From contig JABCSY010000017.1 of NCBI GenBank assembly GCA_018238625.1, forward strand, positions 1 through 51,797: a stretch of 51,797 bases of DNA, given 5' to 3'. The DNA is from Promethearchaeota archaeon (GTDB lineage Archaea > Asgardarchaeota > Lokiarchaeia > Sigyniarchaeales > SOKP01). Position 1 is the stretch's first letter. Each line of letters begins with the position of its first letter. The notes beneath the pieces were generated by a model. It was not told where the DNA came from. It did not search any database and worked only from the letters and a program-made list of their open reading frames with translations. A program made the position numbers and the translations under genes. Below, piece by piece: positions 20,312-31,760 of this stretch.

Positions 20312-21700
20312 ATGTTTCGCAAAACATCGGTGAACTCAGAGGAATTTATCTTTTATATTGATCTTACGACAGAGTTTTTGAAGAAAAAAAACCTTAGTAA
20401 GAGCATTGGTAGTTTTATTAAAGACAAGGAGAAATTTAACACTTTAAGTTCATATGGTATTTTGCTTTTTCAAGAAGACGATAACCCTATAACTATCTAC
20501 GACGCGAAAGACTTTGAGGCTCTCTCTGATGTTATAGATGAAAAATGGGAAACTAGAGAAACCGAGAAAAGCCTTTTCGAGAATGGTTTATTTGAGATAC
20601 TGGCTTATATTTTTAGAAGAAGTAGAGAAGCCAGAAAGAATTATCGAGTAATAATAATTTCAGACACGCCCAGTTTATTGTCTGAAGATTATCATAACGC
20701 CCTTTACGATCTTTTAATTAAAGCTAAAAAATTTGACGCTTTTATCGATATAATTCGTATAGGTGATCAGAAATTTTATGCTGATGATGTAAAGCTAAAA
20801 GTAGTCGCAAGCGAAACGCACGGAGGTGTGTTTTATTGTACAGAGGCAAAACTATTCTTAAATATTTTAGGGTCTTTAATTCAGAGTAAATCTGAATTTA
20901 TTGTGGTACAACCTGAAGAAGACGATCAAATTTTCGAAGAAGACAAGATATTCTACGAAAAACTCGCTGTGGATTTAATATCTTTAGATTCTGACGAGGA
21001 GGAAAAGTGTGACATTTGCGAAAGAGAGGTCTGTCCCATCTGTGACGCTCATTCAGACGAGATTCACAAATGTTTTAATTGTAACGCAAAATACCACGCT
21101 TGCTGCGCCGCGAGTTATGCGATTGCTAACCCTATCGGATTCAATCATTTGTTTAGATGCGTTCAATGCGATACATTATTGAAGTTAGACGAAGAATACG
21201 TAGAAATGATATATAGGGAAGAACACGAAGAAGAAGGAGAAGCTGAATTGACGGAAATCGGACCTACGGATGAGATCATTATAGAAGAAGAATTTGAAGA
21301 GGAACAAATTGAAGAACAATCATTTGATGAGGATGAAGAAGAATTAGTAATTGGAAAAGAGATATTGGGTCCAGAAAAGCTTAAATCTCCTCCCGGATTG
21401 GTTAAACCTCCTCCTATATTAATTAAACCTCAACCTAATTTGCCCCCTACTAAAAAGGTTAAAGTTGGAGGCTATTTTGGTCAAGAAATAGCTATAAAAA
21501 ATAATAGTTTAAATAATGATCTCGTTCCGCCAGCGACAGAAACCATCGTACGCGATTCTGAAGGAACCACACAAGTAAAAGAAAAAATCTCGATTACCAC
21601 GTTGAAACCCCCTAGAAGGAGTACAATTAAATTGTGTCAAATTTGCGGATTTACTCTAAAAGCTACTTCTCTCTGTCCTAAATGTGGATTTAAGAATTGA
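20312..21700 (+). CDS. Paralogous vWA + C4HC3 zinc finger + acidic/Pro-rich linker + zinc ribbon protein
   Basis: Collinear with the upstream gene: FENGLF, IIISDTPS, ASETHGGVFY, CDIC..CPIC..CFNC-x4-H-x2-C..FRCVQC, CQICG..CPKCG. Confidence 0.75.
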   Translation: MFRKTSVNSEEFIFYIDLTTEFLKKKNLSKSIGSFIKDKEKFNTLSSYGILLFQEDDNPITIYDAKDFEALSDVIDEKWETRETEKSLFENGLFEILAYIFRRSREARKNYRVIIISDTPSLLSEDYHNALYDLLIKAKKFDAFIDIIRIGDQKFYADDVKLKVVASETHGGVFYCTEAKLFLNILGSLIQSKSEFIVVQPEEDDQIFEEDKIFYEKLAVDLISLDSDEEEKCDICEREVCPICDAHSDEIHKCFNCNAKYHACCAASYAIANPIGFNHLFRCVQCDTLLKLDEEYVEMIYREEHEEEGEAELTEIGPTDEIIIEEEFEEEQIEEQSFDEDEEELVIGKEILGPEKLKSPPGLVKPPPILIKPQPNLPPTKKVKVGGYFGQEIAIKNNSLNNDLVPPATETIVRDSEGTTQVKEKISITTLKPPRRSTIKLCQICGFTLKATSLCPKCGFKN

Positions 21701-21778
21701 TCAAATAATTTACACCAATTTTGTTTGTAAATTATACAATTCCAATAAAATTAAAACAATGATAACTTCTACAATTCA

Positions 21779-22702
21779 ATGACCGTAGAGAAATTGATTG
21801 AAGCTCCTTTTAATCCAACAGTTTCCAAAATAAGCATGTTCTTATCAGGTATTTTTATGGGTAATGTAGGGATATTTATTTCTTTATTAAGCGGGTTTCC
21901 AATTTATTCAATAGTCTTATTCAGAGGGATTTTTGGAGCTGTTTTTCTAACTTTATTTATGCTAATAACAAAATCTTTTTCTATTAGTTTTTTTAAAGAG
22001 TGTTTCAAGATGCACTGGAAATATTTAATTATAATTGCAATTTCTAACCCATTAGTAGTATTTCTTTACTTTTGGAATATAACGCTTACTGGTTATGCTT
22101 TTGCAGCTTTTTTATTATATACTAGTGGAGTTTTTCTCTTAATTTTTCTAGTAATAACGAAAGAAGAAAAAGTATCAAAAATCAATTTTATTAGTTTCAT
22201 TTTAGCAATCTTGGGAATATCCATCATAATGGAATTTTGGACCGGTCAAATTTTAATATTGGGAATAGTTGTCGGGATTTTTTCAGGTTTTTGCTTAGGT
22301 ATATTGATTTTTTCCAAAAAGAAAATTTATAAAGTTCGAGGAAAAGCTCAGTCAATAATTCATACAAATGGAAATTTTGATGCATTTTTAACTTTATGGT
22401 CAACTTTATTCTTAATTTTTCCATTTCTACCATTAAGTATTACAGATTTATTTCGAATCACAATTTTAGATTTAATATTTGCTTTAATGCTGGGGCTTAT
22501 CCCTACTGCTTTAGCGTTTACCTTGTATAATGTTGGAGTGAAAAAAGATAGAGGAGGCAACATTATAATTTTATCGTATTTTGAACCTGTTATGGCGACT
22601 ATTAATACAGCAATTTTCTTAAAGAATCTCTCTATTTTCACCATCATAGGAGGTTTTTTTGTTCTATTAGCTAATTATATTACGCTAAAATATTCAAAGT
22701 AA
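21779..22702 (+). CDS. DMT/EamA-family transporter
   Basis: About 10 TM helices, PTALAFTLY, YFEPVMA, IIGGFFVL. Confidence 0.88.
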   Translation: MTVEKLIEAPFNPTVSKISMFLSGIFMGNVGIFISLLSGFPIYSIVLFRGIFGAVFLTLFMLITKSFSISFFKECFKMHWKYLIIIAISNPLVVFLYFWNITLTGYAFAAFLLYTSGVFLLIFLVITKEEKVSKINFISFILAILGISIIMEFWTGQILILGIVVGIFSGFCLGILIFSKKKIYKVRGKAQSIIHTNGNFDAFLTLWSTLFLIFPFLPLSITDLFRITILDLIFALMLGLIPTALAFTLYNVGVKKDRGGNIIILSYFEPVMATINTAIFLKNLSIFTIIGGFFVLLANYITLKYSK

Positions 22703-22792
22703 GAGAAGATAGTTATTTAGAAATACTTTTTTGGTAAGGAATTATCGAAAAATTGAAATTATTTCGAATATTAATAATACAAAAACAAACAC

Positions 22793-23518
22793 ATGTTCTC
22801 CATGTCAGATAAGGAAGAAAGGGAAATCTCAAGAATTAAAGAAGTCGAGAGTACCAATTTAGCTCGAGATGATATAAGAGAGTTAGTAATTGAAACTAAA
22901 AAAGCGGTTGAAAAAGATAATGATTTATTAGCTAATAGAGTTCATCGTAATTTTTTAGACAATAACATCAAGTCTTTCGATATTGTAGGAGCTATAGGGG
23001 CAGGAAAGACAGCTCTGTTAGAAAAGATAGCAGAAAAGTTAACTGCAAAATTTCGAATGTTGGTTATATGTGGTGATATTACCACACGAGTTGATGCCGA
23101 TCGCATAGAAAAGTATAACGCTGAAACTATTCAGATTAACACGGGCCGAGAATGCGCATTAAACGCGTATCACATATACCAAATAATTAAAAACAAGGAT
23201 TTGCAGAATTACGATGTTATATTTATCGAAAATGTAGGAAATTTAATTTGCCCATCGGAGTTTGTCTTAGGAACTGATAAAAGAATAATTGTAGTATCCA
23301 TCACAGAGGGCGAGTGGGTGGTTGAAAAACATCCTATGCTATTTAAAATGTCAGATATCGCGGTAATTAATAAGATCGATCTAAAAGAACGCTTAGGAAC
23401 CAATGTCGAGAAAATGATTGCTGACGCTAAAAAAATTAACCCGGAAATAGAGGTCATTACGACCAGTGCGAAAACGGGGGAGAATATTAATAAATTAATG
23501 GAATTAATGGGATTTTAA
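22793..23518 (+). CDS. hypB: Hydrogenase nickel-incorporation GTPase HypB
   Basis: GAIGAGKT, QINTG.EC, IENVGNLICP, VSITEG..KHP, INKID, SAKTG. Confidence 0.92.
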   Translation: MFSMSDKEEREISRIKEVESTNLARDDIRELVIETKKAVEKDNDLLANRVHRNFLDNNIKSFDIVGAIGAGKTALLEKIAEKLTAKFRMLVICGDITTRVDADRIEKYNAETIQINTGRECALNAYHIYQIIKNKDLQNYDVIFIENVGNLICPSEFVLGTDKRIIVVSITEGEWVVEKHPMLFKMSDIAVINKIDLKERLGTNVEKMIADAKKINPEIEVITTSAKTGENINKLMELMGF

Positions 23519-23565
23519 AGTTTAAAAGTTAAATATATTAAAAGTAAAACCTTAGATGAAGGAAT

Positions 23566-23985
23566 ATGAAGGAAGAATTGACTAAGATTGAAGAAATTAT
23601 TGTAAATCCTAACAAAATCAAAAAATCAAACGTTCAAGAATTAATGGAAACGTTCTTTGTTAAATTAAAGAATCAGGTTGACAACTATATTGGAGATTAC
23701 CCAACTTTTATTGAGCCCGTTTACTTAGAAGACAACGTTAAAATTGGTGACGATGTTCTTTTAGGGCCAAATGTATATGTCGGCGCCAATTCAGAAATCC
23801 CAGATTACGTTGAAATATCAAATACTATCATTTTTGATAATGTAAAAATTGGAGAGAACTTTAAATTGGAAAATTGCATCGTTGCTAAAAACAGCTCTTT
23901 TAATTTTAAAAATCTTAATATGAAAAATAGCGTATTAATTGGAGTTGCCAATTTAAAAAACGAATTACAGAATATTGAATTTTAA
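23566..23985 (+). CDS. Stand-alone left-handed beta-helix (hexapeptide repeat) protein
   Basis: PVYLEDNVKIGDDVLLGPNVYVG ... NTIIFDNVKIG repeats; no nucleotidyltransferase domain. Confidence 0.8.
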   Translation: MKEELTKIEEIIVNPNKIKKSNVQELMETFFVKLKNQVDNYIGDYPTFIEPVYLEDNVKIGDDVLLGPNVYVGANSEIPDYVEISNTIIFDNVKIGENFKLENCIVAKNSSFNFKNLNMKNSVLIGVANLKNELQNIEF

Positions 23986-24053
23986 ATAATATCGCTATTG
24001 TTATTACTAATAAACTCTATACTAATTGTTAGAATATAAATTGGCGCTGTTAT

Positions 24054-24896
24054 ATGAAAGATAATGAAAAATATTTTAAAACAAATCTAAGAAGATGGAA
24101 CGAATTAGTTGAGATTAATGCAAAATCCAAATTTTACGACTTAAATGGATTCAAATCGGGTAAATCTTCTCTCTTTCCAATCGAAAGAGATGAAATAGGA
24201 AATGTGGACGGTAAAACGCTCTTACACCTACAATGCCATTTTGGAATGGACACCCTTTCTTTCGCGCGACTCGGGGCGAAGGTCACCGGCGTTGATTTCT
24301 CAGATAAAGCCATTAAGCTTGCTCGTCAATTAAGCGAAGAATTAAATATCCCTACTAAGTTTATTAATGCAAATATTTACGATATACCAGACATATTAAA
24401 CGAAAAATTTGATATAGTTTTCACATCTAATGGTGCTATTGGTTGGTTGCCGGATTTATATAAATGGGCTGAAATAATCGATTATTGTCTGAAACCCGGT
24501 GGTACTTTTTATATTACTGAGAATCATCCTTTCGGTAATTTAATTGACGAAAAGTACGAGGGAGCTTTTCAAGTTGGTTACGGTTACTTTAACGAAGGAA
24601 AACCTTATCGTTTTGACGAAGATAATGTATCATACGCCGATCCAAATATTAAATTACAAAATTTTGAAACTTACGATTGGTTTCATCCAATGGGAGATGT
24701 TATTAATTCGTTATTAAAAGTTAATTTTGAGTTAGAATTTCTCCATGAATTTCCATTTAGTTTTTTTCAGATTCATCCCGATATGAAACAAAACAACGAG
24801 ACGAAATATTGGGAATTTCAGACTTTAAAGCATTCAGTTCCGATGATCTTTTCGATAAAAGCTCATAAAAAAAACAAATTTGCTTCCATGCCGTAG
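24054..24896 (+). CDS. Class I SAM-dependent methyltransferase
   Basis: LLHLQCHFGMDT, VTGVDFS, FDIVFTS.G...WLPDL..W, LKPGG. Confidence 0.9.
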   Translation: MKDNEKYFKTNLRRWNELVEINAKSKFYDLNGFKSGKSSLFPIERDEIGNVDGKTLLHLQCHFGMDTLSFARLGAKVTGVDFSDKAIKLARQLSEELNIPTKFINANIYDIPDILNEKFDIVFTSNGAIGWLPDLYKWAEIIDYCLKPGGTFYITENHPFGNLIDEKYEGAFQVGYGYFNEGKPYRFDEDNVSYADPNIKLQNFETYDWFHPMGDVINSLLKVNFELEFLHEFPFSFFQIHPDMKQNNETKYWEFQTLKHSVPMIFSIKAHKKNKFASMP

Positions 24897-24941
24897 CAAA
24901 ACAATCTAGTTCAATGAAAAAAAAAAGAATTTTAGTATAAC

Positions 24942-25673
24942 CTAAGCTTTAATTAGCCAATTTGCCATCTTTTCGGGAAGAAAGAACCCGAAATAATATG
25001 CAAATGAACTTATTATCAATAAAAGTCTTATCATAACAACTATAATAGGATTTGTCCAACTAATTGCATCAAGTCCTGCCCCTAAAGTAAAAAACATAAA
25101 TGCTATTAATAAGAATCTTCCCTTCCATCTAATTTTGGGATCATCAGACTTCATCGAGTTAATAGCAAAAACCATACCCGTGATAAAAGCAACTACTATA
25201 GCAAATATAGCAAATCCTAACGTAAGTGGGGTTCTTGAGATTACTCCAGGTATTATTTCAACTCCTATTAAGTCAGGATAAGTGAATATTAAAATAACAA
25301 GAAGAATTTCGTATGAAATGCTAATTACTCCGAATATAACTACAAGTATTTTGTTCCCATTTTTGAAATTCAACGAACTGAAAGAATAAATCCAAAATAA
25401 TATTGCTAATGGTATGAAAAAATTAGCAAGAATTAAATAGGATAAATTGCTAAGGCGAAAACCGAAGAAACCCATAGTTAGAAAATTAAAACTTGGCCAC
25501 CACCAAGTAGTAACTAAGAATATCCAGGTCAAACTGACGCTTATAAAAACTTTATTTTTGAATTCAAAGTATTTTAACAGTATTCTTATCCCTATTATTA
25601 GTGAGATTATAATAAATGCCAAACTTAGGCTTCCACGTAGTAAGTCAAGATAGCTTAAATCTGTAAATGCCAT
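24942..25673 (-). CDS. Hypothetical seven-TM membrane protein
   Basis: Seven hydrophobic segments and no cytoplasmic output domain. Confidence 0.7.
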   Translation of the reverse strand: MAFTDLSYLDLLRGSLSLAFIIISLIIGIRILLKYFEFKNKVFISVSLTWIFLVTTWWWPSFNFLTMGFFGFRLSNLSYLILANFFIPLAILFWIYSFSSLNFKNGNKILVVIFGVISISYEILLVILIFTYPDLIGVEIIPGVISRTPLTLGFAIFAIVVAFITGMVFAINSMKSDDPKIRWKGRFLLIAFMFFTLGAGLDAISWTNPIIVVMIRLLLIISSFAYYFGFFLPEKMANWLIKA

Positions 25674-25892
25674 TCTTAATCATTTTGTAATATGTTTTAT
25701 TATTAATTCTTCTCAAGATAATTTAAACTTTATTAATTTGATTTTAAGAAGAAATCTTAGTGCTTATTTCTAATTTTAGTGAAAAATCATTAAAGATATT
25801 GCTAAATGGGAAACCAATGGGAGGGTGTTTAGAGAAATATTTTTCAAGGTCAATATATTTCTAGATCTAAGAAAGAAAGTTTTAGTGAATAA

Positions 25893-27272
<1,380 letters not shown>

Positions 27273-27351
27273 AGAAGGGATTTACAATATTTTTCTAATT
27301 TTTTAAAATACAATATGTTTAAATTTTCCTCAATTTTAAAAAAAGATTTTA

Positions 27352-28032
27352 TTATAACAACAGAGAAATGCCAAAAATTATATTAAATCCCAATACTGCT
27401 AGAATTTGAAACCACAATAAGAGTTTTTTCTTAAACCTTTTCTCATAAGCTCTTAATTCCTCATTCATTTTCTGAATTTCCTCTGGGTTTCTATCTTGCC
27501 AATATTGTCTATTTTTATCAAGCTTATCAAGCTCTTTTATACTATAATATGCTCCGTAATCCAACGCAAGTCCACCACGAATTCCAGTTCCACGAGTAGT
27601 TGCATATCCATATTGTTTACGGAAATAACTAATGTATTTATTGTATCTAACTTCCATTATGAGAATTAAAATATATAAAACCTCAAAACCAAAGGCAAGA
27701 AGAACGAAGAATTTGAATGGTTCAAGGAGAGAGGACCATCTCTTGGACCCAATAAAAATGATCATCGAAAATGCGGATGGATAGACGGTTATACAAGCTA
27801 ATCCCGCGCTGGATATGTAATAAAATGGATTTTTGAAGATGATCGAATATTCCAAAACGGAAAGCAATCCACTGATGATAACGATACTTACAATTAATAG
27901 AGCAATATTTGTAACATAAACAAAGATGGTTATTAAAATGAGGGCGTATTCTATGATTCCAAAAAATCCATGAATAATGGCAGAATTTCTAAAATTGGGT
28001 ATGTTTTTTTCCTGAGAATTTTGACTAGTCAT
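27352..28032 (-). CDS. Hypothetical membrane protein
   Basis: Four N-terminal TM segments, a soluble loop and a C-terminal TM. Confidence 0.65.
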   Translation of the reverse strand: MTSQNSQEKNIPNFRNSAIIHGFFGIIEYALILITIFVYVTNIALLIVSIVIISGLLSVLEYSIIFKNPFYYISSAGLACITVYPSAFSMIIFIGSKRWSSLLEPFKFFVLLAFGFEVLYILILIMEVRYNKYISYFRKQYGYATTRGTGIRGGLALDYGAYYSIKELDKLDKNRQYWQDRNPEEIQKMNEELRAYEKRFKKKLLLWFQILAVLGFNIIFGISLLL

Positions 28033-28272
28033 TTTATTAAATGTTGTTATGTAATTAATTAATTTTTGTCATCAACATACAATATTATTCATCCCCTATT
28101 TAAATCTACCTATCTCCTTGTTTGAGTGATTACTTCATTAAAAACCATTTTTTCCTTATTATGGAAGGAATATCAATTATCTGAATTTCTTTAAGGACCT
28201 TAAAAAAGGGTTCTAGATCTTCAGAAGAATTAAATAATAGTCCATCATAATCTAATGTAATAATAAATTTAA

Positions 28273-29160
28273 GTGTGCAAAATAGGTAAAGATATACAAA
28301 GTATTTATATTCATCCTGAGGAACACATCCACACCATAGATAAAATACCCAATAATCCAGAAAGGTTTTTCAAATATTTTATAAAACAATTAGAAGCAAA
28401 AGTAATTACTATTCAAGGGGACAAATTTGAAATTAGCGAAATTGGACCTCAGAGTGATTTGTCCACTACATTTCAATTGGTTGGTATGAACCAGGCAACT
28501 TTAGAATTTACAATAAGAATTGAAATAGCATCAGATAAGACTGAAATACATTTTGGATCAAAAATGGAGCTTTTTTGGCAGAACATGCATAAGAAAATCG
28601 TGCAGAAAGTAATGAAAGGAGCCTTTAAAAAAAGCGATCTACTATATTCCTCTATCTTAATTTCCTATATAAAAAATGTGACTACAAAATCTTTAGATTA
28701 TATAAATAGTCTCCCGGATGTAAGCTCTAAACCTACAGAAATAGCTCAAACAGGAGTAGATAATGGAATTTTAGTGTTTATGAGTTATGCAACTAAAGAT
28801 GCACCATTATTTAGAGTAAAAGAAATTGCTGAGGAGCTAACAAAATTCCCAGAGATATTCGATGTTCTCTATTGGCAAGAAGATATGCAAGATAATATCA
28901 TTGAATATATGAATGATAATTTAGGGAGATGTCATGTTGTTCTCCTATTTACTTCTCCTAATGCATTAGATTCTAAACCAGTCAAAAAAGAATGGACTGC
29001 AGCAGATGCTATGGGTAAACCAATTCTACCTATTTTCTTAAAACCCGACCATATTCCACCTCTTTTAAGATCAAGATTGGGTGTTGAATTTGATCAATTT
29101 GATTTTAAAAAGAATATAACTACTATATATGAATTGATTATAAAGAAATCTCAATCTTAA
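28273..29160 (+). CDS. TIR-domain protein with uncharacterised N-terminal domain
   Basis: LVFMSYATKD ... CHVVLLFTSPNALDSKPVKKEW ... ILPIF; the catalytic-position Glu is retained. Confidence 0.88.
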   Translation: MCKIGKDIQSIYIHPEEHIHTIDKIPNNPERFFKYFIKQLEAKVITIQGDKFEISEIGPQSDLSTTFQLVGMNQATLEFTIRIEIASDKTEIHFGSKMELFWQNMHKKIVQKVMKGAFKKSDLLYSSILISYIKNVTTKSLDYINSLPDVSSKPTEIAQTGVDNGILVFMSYATKDAPLFRVKEIAEELTKFPEIFDVLYWQEDMQDNIIEYMNDNLGRCHVVLLFTSPNALDSKPVKKEWTAADAMGKPILPIFLKPDHIPPLLRSRLGVEFDQFDFKKNITTIYELIIKKSQS

Positions 29161-29172
29161 ATTTATTAATCT

Positions 29173-29871
29173 TTAATTGTTAATTTTTCGAATTAGATAA
29201 AAGACATCGTAAGAGAACAATCGTGGAAGAAATTTAAAAGGATATTTTCTTTCATAAATTATTTTTAAATTCTTTTGTTGTAGGACTTTAAAGAATTCTT
29301 TTTCTGAACTAATCAACCCGCGCCAATGTGGATTCACTTCTATATTTTTTATAGTTCCTATAAGAAATCTAACCATTCTTAGCAAAATACTTTCGGTAGG
29401 AACGGAAATAAAAAGAAGGCCATTCTTTTTTAGAATTCGTAATATCTCATCAATGGCAACCGAAGGATTATCAACGTGTTCTAATATATCAAGAGCAAAA
29501 ATCAAATCGAAACTATCATCATCAAAACTAGTTTTTTTTTGAATATCTCCTTGAATGTAATCATTAATTCTTATAGTGGCGTTCTTTGTTAAAGGCGCTT
29601 TAATTCCATCATACAGGATCTCATCTAAAATAAAAACATTGCTTTTTGGAAAATTCAGCTTAAAGTTCAAAGAAAATAACCCCAATCCACCTCCGATATC
29701 AAGAACTTTAGGGAATTTTTTACGAAACCGAAGAAATATTTTAATTATGTTTTTAATTCTCCCAAAATACATTCTGCCAAATAGCGGAATAAAATACGGA
29801 CCGAAACTCGAATAATTTCGATACTCTTTTGGAATATGTATTTGCAGATCTTGGGGTTTGATAAATTTTAT
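29173..29871 (-). CDS. Class I SAM-dependent methyltransferase (type 11-like)
   Basis: VLDIGGGLG, FDLIFALDILEHV, LKKNGLLFISVP. The frame is open 35 codons above ATG 29772; ATA 29871 lies 6 nt after GTGA. Confidence 0.85.
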   Translation of the reverse strand: MKFIKPQDLQIHIPKEYRNYSSFGPYFIPLFGRMYFGRIKNIIKIFLRFRKKFPKVLDIGGGLGLFSLNFKLNFPKSNVFILDEILYDGIKAPLTKNATIRINDYIQGDIQKKTSFDDDSFDLIFALDILEHVDNPSVAIDEILRILKKNGLLFISVPTESILLRMVRFLIGTIKNIEVNPHWRGLISSEKEFFKVLQQKNLKIIYERKYPFKFLPRLFSYDVFYLIRKINN

Positions 29872-29895
29872 TGAGATTCACTTCAGAAATATAAG

Positions 29896-30891
29896 TTATA
29901 TTAGAAGATTTATTGGAAAGTATAGAATAATCGAAAGAATTGCTGCAATTGGAAAGGTCAATAACCAAATTGCGATGATTTTCCATAATCCTTTCTTCAT
30001 TGGTGTATTGTTTGCTTTTGAGAGCCCTACTAATGATGCTACGAGCAAATGAGAGCCCGAAAGAGGGATTTTCTGAATGGTCCCAATAAGCATGACGACT
30101 GCTGTTGGTACTTGCACTGCAAATGCCGTACTCGGCCGAAGTTCCGTCATTTTCCCTAAGCTTTTAATAACAATTCTTCCTAAAACCGTTACACCAACTG
30201 CTAAACCAACACCAGTCATAAATAATAATAAAGTTAGATTGATCTCATCTCCAACTCCAGCCACAATTCCAACTGCGTTAGAACAATCATTTCCTGCTCT
30301 AGAGAAGGCTGTAATACATATTATAATTAAGATTATATAGGAATATTTGTTCTCTGATCTTTCAAAGTCTTTGAATCCCTTTAAATGCTTGAGTTTACGC
30401 TTATTTAGTACCTTTACAACGCCATAGGTTACTGTATAACCTACTATCGGAGATGCTAACCACCACACACTCATTTCTAGTATTGTGCTCCAATTTACAC
30501 CACCTCCATCTCCTAATAACAACCCAAGTCCTATAATCCCACCTATTGTTGCGTGAGTTGACGAAATTGGAAGCCCAAAAGCGCTAGATAATATTAATAT
30601 AATAGCAGTAGATATCAAAATGGTCATAACAACAGCATGCTGGTTAATGCCAGGAGCTTCATAATCTAATAAAAGGATCTTGTCACCTACTGATTTAGAA
30701 ACACCCTCCCCTAATAATAATGCTCCAGCGATCGCAAAAATCGCTGCTAAGATGAGAATTTGTTTCATATTAAGAATTCGTGATCCATAAAGCGGGGCCA
30801 TCGTTTCATCGTTTCCGCCAATCCCGAAACTAATAATTAGACTTATGATTAAAAATATGATTAAGATGTATTCTAACGCCATTTTACACAT
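29896..30891 (-). CDS. PiT-family inorganic phosphate transporter
   Basis: GGNDE and AGNDCSN signatures, GLPISSTH, IPLSGSH. Confidence 0.92.
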   Translation of the reverse strand: MCKMALEYILIIFLIISLIISFGIGGNDETMAPLYGSRILNMKQILILAAIFAIAGALLLGEGVSKSVGDKILLLDYEAPGINQHAVVMTILISTAIILILSSAFGLPISSTHATIGGIIGLGLLLGDGGGVNWSTILEMSVWWLASPIVGYTVTYGVVKVLNKRKLKHLKGFKDFERSENKYSYIILIIICITAFSRAGNDCSNAVGIVAGVGDEINLTLLLFMTGVGLAVGVTVLGRIVIKSLGKMTELRPSTAFAVQVPTAVVMLIGTIQKIPLSGSHLLVASLVGLSKANNTPMKKGLWKIIAIWLLTFPIAAILSIILYFPINLLI

Positions 30892-30901
30892 CCCTCCATT
30901 T

Positions 30902-31546
30902 CTATTTACTTGGGTATTTTATAATTAATCCTCTCAGATAATCTGACGTTTCCTCAACCCACGATATAATATCGTACATATATGTTACAAGTTTTGAAGT
31001 TAAGTATACTTTGGTGGGATCATCAGTCATTTTGTATACTTTTTTGAGTAAGTTAAACTTAGCAGTTCTCGCCTCTCTCTTTCTCTCCTCAATTTCAAAG
31101 GTTATCTTGTAGGCACCGTTAAAATCAGTTTCAATTAAAATAGCACAATTCACTAACTCTTCGACAGCTTGACTGCATGCGCTATATAAATTTGCGAATT
31201 CGTCTTTGATTTCCTTGTAAAGCTTGAAGGGGTATACTCTTAGAAACCTCGAAAAGAACTCCATCTTATCGTTTACACTATCTATCATCATTAGAATGTT
31301 GTACCTGTCTTCAACCAAAAAAGGAAGCGCTCTTTTATCCCTGTAAAGAACCTGAACATATTTCTCTTTAAGCACATCGCACTTTTTTTCTACTTTAATG
31401 ACACCTTCCAATGATTCAATCTTTAATTTTCCATCTACAAAAGTTGAAAGCGCTTCATGTAAGAGTGCTGAGCCATTTAAAGTTTCGGCTAAGAATTCCT
31501 TGTTAATCTCGTCTAACTCGTTTATCTTTTCTTTAAACAATTTCAT
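30902..31546 (-). CDS. DUF47/PhoU-like phosphate transport regulator
   Basis: EKKCD...LPF..EDRY helical bundle, directly upstream of the PiT gene. Confidence 0.85.
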   Translation of the reverse strand: MKLFKEKINELDEINKEFLAETLNGSALLHEALSTFVDGKLKIESLEGVIKVEKKCDVLKEKYVQVLYRDKRALPFLVEDRYNILMMIDSVNDKMEFFSRFLRVYPFKLYKEIKDEFANLYSACSQAVEELVNCAILIETDFNGAYKITFEIEERKREARTAKFNLLKKVYKMTDDPTKVYLTSKLVTYMYDIISWVEETSDYLRGLIIKYPSK

Positions 31547-31760
31547 TTATTTCACATCCAAAATTTAACGAATCTCTTCTTAAGAAATAATTATTTGATT
31601 TTATATTCTATTTATTTTTTATTCAATAAAAAAGCTTATACCTTTCGATAAAGTTGAAATTATGTGTGATTGTGAAAGATAAAAATAAGCCTTTTTATAT
31701 TTAAACAATTCCTTCAAATTAAGATTGAACGAGTTTTTATAAATTTTAAAGTGAGTATGA

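Noticed and set aside
12325-21700. Split Sec23/24-like system (vWA + Zn finger + gelsolin)
   Set aside because: In Sec23/24 the Zn finger precedes the vWA trunk and is a different type; here the gelsolin is a separate, oppositely oriented gene 5.5 kb away.
24942-25673. Rhodopsin or GPCR call for the 7-TM protein
   Set aside because: No retinal-binding Lys in the last helix and no GPCR motifs.
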